Shown piece by piece: positions 27,455-32,684 of a DNA stretch of 32,684 bases. Origin of the DNA: a virus (Duplodnaviria > Caudoviricetes). Below the pieces are notes generated by a model, which worked only from the letters and a program-made list of their open reading frames with translations, was not told the DNA's origin and ran no database searches. The position numbers and the translations under genes were made by a program. The stretch is from positions 1-32,684 of the IMG/VR virus record IMGVR_UViG_3300013120_000186. One strand, given 5' to 3'. Each line of letters starts with the position of its first letter. Positions within the stretch are counted from its first letter, which is position 1.

Positions 27455-27937
27455 TTACCTCCGGTCTATGATTTTACTTCGTGAAAACCGGCTCGCATAT
27501 TGCGTGTACAGTCGTGTTGATTTTGTGGCAGTTCGCTTAATGTGCGGAACCGTCATTTGGGAGCCGGCGGCACGGAGCCGCTTCACACATTCTCGCAGTG
27601 GACAATATACAAGATATAGACAAATATCAAAACCGCTCCGGAATAGCCACTGAAACATCTTGTCATTAGTTATCCGGTCACCCTCCATAATGATATTATC
27701 CCACTGATTATAATTCTCGCTTAGCCACTGGCGTATATCCGGTGCGATAGCATAGTGGAGTGTATCCGTGCCCTGACACCTCCGGTCTATGATATAGTCA
27801 CCCAATAACACTGTTTTAGTGCCTGCTACCGTGTGTTTGAAAGGTTCCGTGTATAATACGACAGGGACAGACATCCAACGCTCACGCACCCACGATGTTT
27901 TGCCTGCCCCTGCCGTGCCGATAATTATGTGTATCAT
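27455..27937 (-). CDS. P-loop nucleotide/DNA kinase (type associated with hydroxymethyl-pyrimidine DNA kinases)
   Basis: GTAGAGKT Walker A, LGDY...GTDTL, IMEGDRI, RLRAAGSQ...RTATK. Confidence 0.8.
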   Translation of the reverse strand: MIHIIIGTAGAGKTSWVRERWMSVPVVLYTEPFKHTVAGTKTVLLGDYIIDRRCQGTDTLHYAIAPDIRQWLSENYNQWDNIIMEGDRITNDKMFQWLFRSGFDICLYLVYCPLRECVKRLRAAGSQMTVPHIKRTATKSTRLYTQYASRFSRSKIIDRR

Positions 27938-28569
27938 TCTGGGATATTCAACTCATCCTCATCAATCACTGTTTCACGGTTCCTGCCCTTGAATTCAAAT
28001 TTAATTCCGTGGTGTTTCAAAAACAGTTCCGCTTTTGCTTTATCCTTGAAACTCACATACACCACATACCGCTTGGCCGGTGTATCTCCGGTGATATCCC
28101 CTCCGGAACCGGAGTCACTTAAATCATCTGAATATTCTACATCCTCATAATCCCAGTCATCCAGAGATATATCAGTATCAATTCCGGTGATGGCTTCTAT
28201 TTCAATATCATCAAAACCGGTTATGAAATCATCGTCAGATATATCACCCAGAAGTGCTGACAGTTTATTCATATCCCAGTCACCAGATATTTTATTCAGT
28301 GCGAGGTTCAGTGACTTCTCCTCTGCTTCTGTGAGTTCTATCTCCACCATATCCGCTCCGGTCTCACCCAGTTCCAAAAGTGCCGACACTCGCTGATTTC
28401 CACCCACAATATTCATTGTTTTGGTATTCACGATAATCGGTTGCACCAGTCCGTAGGTGCTGATACTTTCCTTGAGTTTGTCCAACTCCTCTCGTGAAAT
28501 GTCTCGTGGGTTGTATTCTGCAATATGCACCTCATCAAACTCATACCGCTTCACTTGGATTTTCTTCAT
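27934..28569 (-). CDS. ParB/sulfiredoxin-like N-terminal domain protein (likely start MKKIQV at 28569)
   Basis: YNPRDI...LKESISTYGLVQPIIVN...IVGGNQR...LNLALNKISGDWD; acidic tail; no methyltransferase domain. Confidence 0.9.
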   Translation of the reverse strand: MKKIQVKRYEFDEVHIAEYNPRDISREELDKLKESISTYGLVQPIIVNTKTMNIVGGNQRVSALLELGETGADMVEIELTEAEEKSLNLALNKISGDWDMNKLSALLGDISDDDFITGFDDIEIEAITGIDTDISLDDWDYEDVEYSDDLSDSGSGGDITGDTPAKRYVVYVSFKDKAKAELFLKHHGIKFEFKGRNRETVIDEDELNIPE

Positions 28570-29441
28570 TTGCTCTCCTCTTTCTGGTATATAGTCAGTC
28601 CACCGCATTTACTCGTGGCAGTGAGTTTATTCCTGCTGATATACCGGTTCATTTTTTGTTCCCAGTCCTCACCTCTGAATATATGATAATTCACTTTGCC
28701 TTTGCTATCTCGTACATACACCGCTCCGGTCTGTTCCGCTCCGGAGGTTTTGGAGCCGGTCTGTATGTCTGTCTCATCTTCCCAGCCACCTCTATTCAGC
28801 CACGTGCTGGGGTGAGGTACAAATGCCCCTCCGTCCTTAGTCCACTGGTCAGTCTGTTTCCACCTCTCCACCGCTTCCATTATTATTGGTGCAATGGTAT
28901 CCAGTTTCATCCGGTTCCACACCTGTGCTGCTTTCCGTTTGCCTATCTTGCGTGGATACACCTCCCAGAATTTGGCAAATACAGCACCATAGGACACTCC
29001 TATGGCAGTTTTACTCTTCTGGGGTGTTTTAGTATGGCTGGGCTGTGTTTTGGCAGTCTCCACTGTTTCTGGGGTGTTCTTGGTGTGCCGTGCTTTCCCA
29101 GCATTAACTCTCTTGTTATGCTTTCCGGTCTGCTCCTCTCCAATCTCTACCAGCCGTGGAATAACAATAGAACCGGAACCGTGAAACAATGTACCCTCCT
29201 CCATCACCCTGCCACGCTCTAAGAGTTCTGCGAGAAGATTATTAAACACCTCCAAATCCAACCGGAGGTATGCCGCAATATCCTCGTGAGGCATATCTAT
29301 TCTGCCGGCTGTTTTCCGCACCCACGATAAACACATAAGGTCTATGAGCAAACCTCTGGCAGCAACAGAGCATAACCGGAGTTGAAGAGAAGTCATCCAG
29401 TCAATAGCATAGATGGGATACCACTGCCGGATATCACTCAC
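28566..29441 (-). CDS. Phage replication initiator (YdaU/DUF1376-like N-terminus, helical C-terminal domain)
   Basis: WYPIYAIDWM...ARGLLIDLMCLSW; FWEVYPRKIGKRKA...VPHPSTWLNRGGWEDE. Confidence 0.8.
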   Translation of the reverse strand: MSDIRQWYPIYAIDWMTSLQLRLCSVAARGLLIDLMCLSWVRKTAGRIDMPHEDIAAYLRLDLEVFNNLLAELLERGRVMEEGTLFHGSGSIVIPRLVEIGEEQTGKHNKRVNAGKARHTKNTPETVETAKTQPSHTKTPQKSKTAIGVSYGAVFAKFWEVYPRKIGKRKAAQVWNRMKLDTIAPIIMEAVERWKQTDQWTKDGGAFVPHPSTWLNRGGWEDETDIQTGSKTSGAEQTGAVYVRDSKGKVNYHIFRGEDWEQKMNRYISRNKLTATSKCGGLTIYQKEESK

Positions 29442-29683
29442 TATTTCACCAGCCGGTAAAATGAGTGCTTGACATTATTTTTCTTGTGTACCAGTTTGTT
29501 CTCTATTCTCTCACCGGCTCCGCATTTCAGTCTGGCTTGGCTGACCACCGTGGCTATGGATAATGAGTGTATATACTTAGCCAAGTCCCACGCACTAATC
29601 CATTCACCCTCACGCTCCAGCAGTATTTCATATACAAATCCTGCTCTTGATGTTATCATTTTTCTTGCTTTTATCATTATCAT
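29441..29683 (-). CDS. Small winged-helix DNA-binding protein
   Basis: VYEILLEREGEWISAWDLA...VSQAR...FYRL pattern. Confidence 0.6.
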   Translation of the reverse strand: MIMIKARKMITSRAGFVYEILLEREGEWISAWDLAKYIHSLSIATVVSQARLKCGAGERIENKLVHKKNNVKHSFYRLVK

Positions 29684-29862
29684 TTTCCGCTCCTCTCTTT
29701 GTTTATCTGGTCAGTGACTGTTATCAGTCTCTTCTCTGCCTTTTCACCTCTGATGATTTTCCGCTCCTGCCACACCAGAAGTTCTGCGAGTTTATGCGGC
29801 ACTATTATTTCCAGTAACTTCTCTATTGTCCGGAGTTCTGGAGTGCTCTCTTCACTACTCAT
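29680..29862 (-). CDS. Hypothetical protein, 60 aa
   Basis: Overlap-coupled to both neighbours. Confidence 0.6.
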   Translation of the reverse strand: MSSEESTPELRTIEKLLEIIVPHKLAELLVWQERKIIRGEKAEKRLITVTDQINKERSGK

Positions 29863-30115
29863 TTTTGTTCTCCTCTTCTGCTGCCCATATCAGAAGTTCG
29901 CAGTTATCAGAACCGGTGTCTGCTTTAAGGTCTGCCTCACAGGAGCGGCAACAACTTCTACATACCCAATCCCATATTTCCTCACACCACCGGAGTGTGT
30001 CATCATCTTCTGGGTCATATCTATCTTCGCACTCTCGCACCCATTCATCGCAGATACCGCAATGCTCCGGTGACCGCTCCTTTGCGTTTGCTCTTCTAAT
30101 CCAACTCAATGCCAT
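29855..30115 (-). CDS. Cys-rich acidic protein, possible zinc finger
   Basis: CGIC...C...C...CRSCCRSC; GAGGAG RBS. Confidence 0.65.
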   Translation of the reverse strand: MALSWIRRANAKERSPEHCGICDEWVRECEDRYDPEDDDTLRWCEEIWDWVCRSCCRSCEADLKADTGSDNCELLIWAAEEENKNE

Positions 30116-30135
30116 AATATTCTCCTCTGTTTTCC

Positions 30136-30159
30136 GGAGGTGAGCATATGCCCACCTCC
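30136..30159 (-). other. Intergenic hairpin (possible terminator or processing site)
   Basis: Minus strand GGAGGTGGGC-ATAT-GCTCACCTCC with one G-U pair; no U-tract. Confidence 0.5.
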
Positions 30160-30173
30160 TGTTTGAATGTTAA

Positions 30174-30614
30174 TTAGAACGGCACATCATCATCAGCCGG
30201 CGGCGTTGGAACCTCCTGCGTGTTCTCCGGTTCCGGAGGTGTTTCACTGAATACCCAATAGGCAATTTTAGCACGCTTATTTTCATTATATGTTTCGTGC
30301 TTAATCTGTACCACTGCCTCTCTGTTTACAAACAGTTCCGGTTTGATATTACGCTTAACATTCACAGCCAGTCCACAGGCATTCATAATGCTCCCAAAAG
30401 TACGCTGGGCAAACTGATTATATACAATGTATTCCCATAGGTGCGAACCTTTGCCAGCACCATCTAACACCTTACATACCAGTACCATCATATCATTACC
30501 ATTCGCAGATACCTCTTCTGTTGCCTCCTCTATTCGCACTCTCACTTTCCCAACCGGAGGTATAGCAAATGTTTTACTCTCTGGGTCATAGGTTCCGTCA
30601 TATTCGTATGGCAT
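30174..30614 (-). CDS. DUF669-like single-stranded DNA-binding protein
   Basis: IPPVG...SANGNDMMVL...C-terminal DDDVPF tail; follows the Sak4-like gene. Confidence 0.85.
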   Translation of the reverse strand: MPYEYDGTYDPESKTFAIPPVGKVRVRIEEATEEVSANGNDMMVLVCKVLDGAGKGSHLWEYIVYNQFAQRTFGSIMNACGLAVNVKRNIKPELFVNREAVVQIKHETYNENKRAKIAYWVFSETPPEPENTQEVPTPPADDDVPF

Positions 30615-31312
30615 TATTTACCCTCACTTTCAGTTCTGATTTTTTCAAATAACGCTCCCAAATCTGCGGTGCAATATCTGTCCTCATTATACCGGTTCTT
30701 TGCTACTATCTGTTCAGTGGGTTGGAGCCGGATGAACCGCTCACCCTCGTGACCTTTCTTTGTACTGACTTCCATATGCCCCACGATGTCAAACAGTCCG
30801 CATATCTCTGGTGCTAATCTCCTGCCCATCATTGGATATGCTCGTGTTCGGATAACTCCATCACCCTGTTCCAGTTCCAGCGGCATTTCAAGTGCTGTAA
30901 CAATAACATCCATTCCGGTCTCTCTGAGGTCTCGGAGCCGCCGCATATAATCACGCATCCGGAAAGAGACAATGCCATAATCTTGGAGTGTCGGCATACC
31001 CTCATTCCTGCTCCGCTTTGCGAGTTCTATCAGCATAAACTTCTCCAGTTCCGTTGCTGAATCAAACATCACCGCTCCATACCCCTCTATTGTACTGATT
31101 TCATCAAATATATCTTTGATATTTGAAAGGTCTGAATGAATGCGTACCGTATCTATATCTTTATGCTGGAGGCACGCCACCCCCCCCTCTATATCAATCA
31201 ATAGTGGATTGTCTAATGTACCGGCGGTGCTTGTCTTTCCAACACCACTATCCCCATACAGCAATACAGTTATTCCCTTTGCTGCTATCTCATTTGTTTT
31301 CTCTATTTTCAT
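30614..31312 (-). CDS. Sak4-like AAA_24 ATPase (single-strand annealing recombinase)
   Basis: LLYGDSGVGKTS, LLIDIEGG, FDSATEL, PTLQDYG, FDIVG, AKNR. Confidence 0.88.
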   Translation of the reverse strand: MKIEKTNEIAAKGITVLLYGDSGVGKTSTAGTLDNPLLIDIEGGVACLQHKDIDTVRIHSDLSNIKDIFDEISTIEGYGAVMFDSATELEKFMLIELAKRSRNEGMPTLQDYGIVSFRMRDYMRRLRDLRETGMDVIVTALEMPLELEQGDGVIRTRAYPMMGRRLAPEICGLFDIVGHMEVSTKKGHEGERFIRLQPTEQIVAKNRYNEDRYCTADLGALFEKIRTESEGK

Positions 31313-32178
31313 CTGCCTGTCCTCTCTGTGAAATTACCCTCTCGCACCTCTGGTGTATCCTCTAAGCATATGCTATCAAAAGCACAGTCGTAAATGGAAC
31401 ACGCACTGGCGTTGGGATAATAATTCTGCTTATATTTTGCGTGCCTTATATCAGCCATTACTGCCTCTATTTCAGCCAGCCAAATCTCCTGCTGTTCCGC
31501 ATCCCTGTAAACATTATGAATTACAATGCGGTTTGTCTCGTGATACCACTGTTTTATTCTCTCAATATACTCCTCTCTGTTTTCTGATTTTTTCTGTCTG
31601 ATACTGGGTTTGAGCAGAATATTATACATAACTCCCTTCACATTATATCCGCTCTTATTCGCACCCACGATATATGCGGTGGCTTGGTCATCACGGAGTA
31701 GTCTGGTCATATACCGCTCATCAAACCTCGCAGCCGTCTTATGCTCCAACACCCACTGTTCACCAGTGGCTGTATCCTCCACGATAGCATCAATGTACCC
31801 TCGCAGCCGTCTGCCGTGTCCAATAGGCACCTCAAAATACTCCTCTATTGCCAGTATTTTATGGGCACCGATTGGATAATGAAAACACCACCGCTCTAAG
31901 CAATGAACCGCTTTGTACAACTCCACCGCATCCACCGGCTCCCCATCATCGTGCTTTTCCAGCACGGTTTTTATCTCTCCCACTGTTGGCATTCCGTGTA
32001 ATTCATCCGCACTTGCCCACTGAAGTATCTGAGCCAATCCGGTATGAACAAGTGACCCAAATCTAAATGCCGGAGCCGTCACCTGTGGTCTCAGATTTTC
32101 GTTGTAAATGAAATGGTATTTTCTCCGGCATTCTTTCCAGCACCTTATTCCACTCGCACTGATTTTCTGCATCTTCAT
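31309..32178 (-). CDS. PD-(D/E)XK exonuclease (RecB/AddB/Cas4-like with Fe-S staple cysteines)
   Basis: SASGI...CRRKY, GSLVH, GYIDAIV...EHKT, QATAY, C-terminal CSIYDCAFDSIC. Confidence 0.9.
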   Translation of the reverse strand: MKMQKISASGIRCWKECRRKYHFIYNENLRPQVTAPAFRFGSLVHTGLAQILQWASADELHGMPTVGEIKTVLEKHDDGEPVDAVELYKAVHCLERWCFHYPIGAHKILAIEEYFEVPIGHGRRLRGYIDAIVEDTATGEQWVLEHKTAARFDERYMTRLLRDDQATAYIVGANKSGYNVKGVMYNILLKPSIRQKKSENREEYIERIKQWYHETNRIVIHNVYRDAEQQEIWLAEIEAVMADIRHAKYKQNYYPNASACSIYDCAFDSICLEDTPEVREGNFTERTGR

Positions 32179-32188
32179 TCTGACCTCC

Positions 32189-32368
32189 TTATTTGCGGTA
32201 TTTCCACCGCTGAAACTCCTCTGTTTTTCTCACCATCCTCCGCACTATATTGTTCCGGCTCTCTCCAGTGCTCTTCATCATATCTTTCATAAAATGATTC
32301 AGCTCCGCATCCACCAGAAGATACCACACGATTGAGAACCGCTTGCGAGTGCTTTGTTTTGGCTTCAT
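32189..32368 (-). CDS. Ribbon-helix-helix-like regulator, 59 aa (start MKPKQS)
   Basis: AGGAGGTGA RBS; beta strand then two helices (VDAELNHFMKDMMKSTGESRNNIVRRMV). Confidence 0.6.
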   Translation of the reverse strand: MKPKQSTRKRFSIVWYLLVDAELNHFMKDMMKSTGESRNNIVRRMVRKTEEFQRWKYRK

Positions 32369-32523
32369 ATTCACCTCCTCTCTCCATTGGTAATATATAT
32401 ACATTCTCTATTTGAGCAAAGATACCTGTTTTAATGACGCTCTTGACATCTTCTCCAGTTCGCAGTATAAATACATCACACTGATATTTTGCATCAGTTC
32501 TACAACACTGCTCCTTTGTTTTG

Positions 32524-32553
32524 AGTAGAGCCGGCTGTACAGCCGGCTCTACT
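32524..32553. repeat. Perfect 30-bp palindrome
   Basis: AGTAGAGCCGGCTGT|ACAGCCGGCTCTACT. Confidence 0.95.
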
Positions 32554-32565
32554 TTTACCGGATAA

Positions 32566-32684
32566 CTATTCAGCGTGAACAATGTGTATCCCTCTCTTGC
32601 TATTCTTCACCCACGCCGCTCCGGTTATTCCCAGCCGGTATCCATTGTATGATATGGCTGGATTTTTCTTCAGTTTATATCCGC
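32566..32684. repeat. Exact terminal direct repeat, copy 2
   Basis: Identical to 1-119. Confidence 0.97.

Noticed and set aside
27934-28569. Plasmid-prophage partition system
   Set aside because: No ParA and no evident HTH/parS-binding domain; this ParB type is associated with terminase-linked modification loci
31309-32178. Cas4 of a CRISPR-Cas system
   Set aside because: No cas genes or array; context is the exonuclease-Sak4-SSB recombination module
17-32335. Plus-strand ORFs (e.g. 10916-11683, 16951-17631, 28494-29222)
   Set aside because: Antisense shadows of well-supported minus-strand genes; Ser-rich and without recognisable motifs
32175-32582. 135-aa minus-strand ORF
   Set aside because: TTG start, runs through the 30-bp palindrome, and overlaps the RHH-like ORF that has a strong RBS
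32566-32684. 119-bp end repeat as a biological terminal repeat or att site
   Set aside because: It is exact, cuts through a small ORF, and 119 is a common assembler k-mer size; it is best read as a circularisation overlap

Overview
This appears to be a complete, circularly assembled tailed bacteriophage genome of about 32,565 bp. Bases 1-119 are repeated exactly at 32566-32684. Every credible gene is on the minus strand, most with GGAGG-type ribosome binding sites and stop/start overlaps. In transcription order it carries: early and recombination genes (GHKL ATPase-HEXXH fusion, RHH regulator, PD-(D/E)XK exonuclease, Sak4-like ATPase, DUF669 SSB, replication initiator); a six-enzyme DNA base hypermodification cassette between ParB and the terminase (ParB-N, P-loop kinase, PLP enzyme, radical SAM, amino acid:DNA transferase, second radical SAM); terminase; a portal-MuF-ADP-ribosyltransferase triple fusion with a small Cys/His partner; a Mu-like head; a siphovirus-type tail; a lysis cassette; a non-coding control/origin region; and a VRR-NUC nuclease. 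Main highlights: (1) the hypermodification cassette has no recognisable source of the hydroxymethyl-pyrimidine substrate but has an extra radical SAM enzyme; (2) CCGG is strongly enriched genome-wide while most other GC-containing palindromes are avoided; (3) the portal carries an ADP-ribosyltransferase; (4) an iteron array lies far from its initiator gene; (5) a diverged 118-bp element is present twice. All family assignments are from motif recognition by eye, with no database searches.
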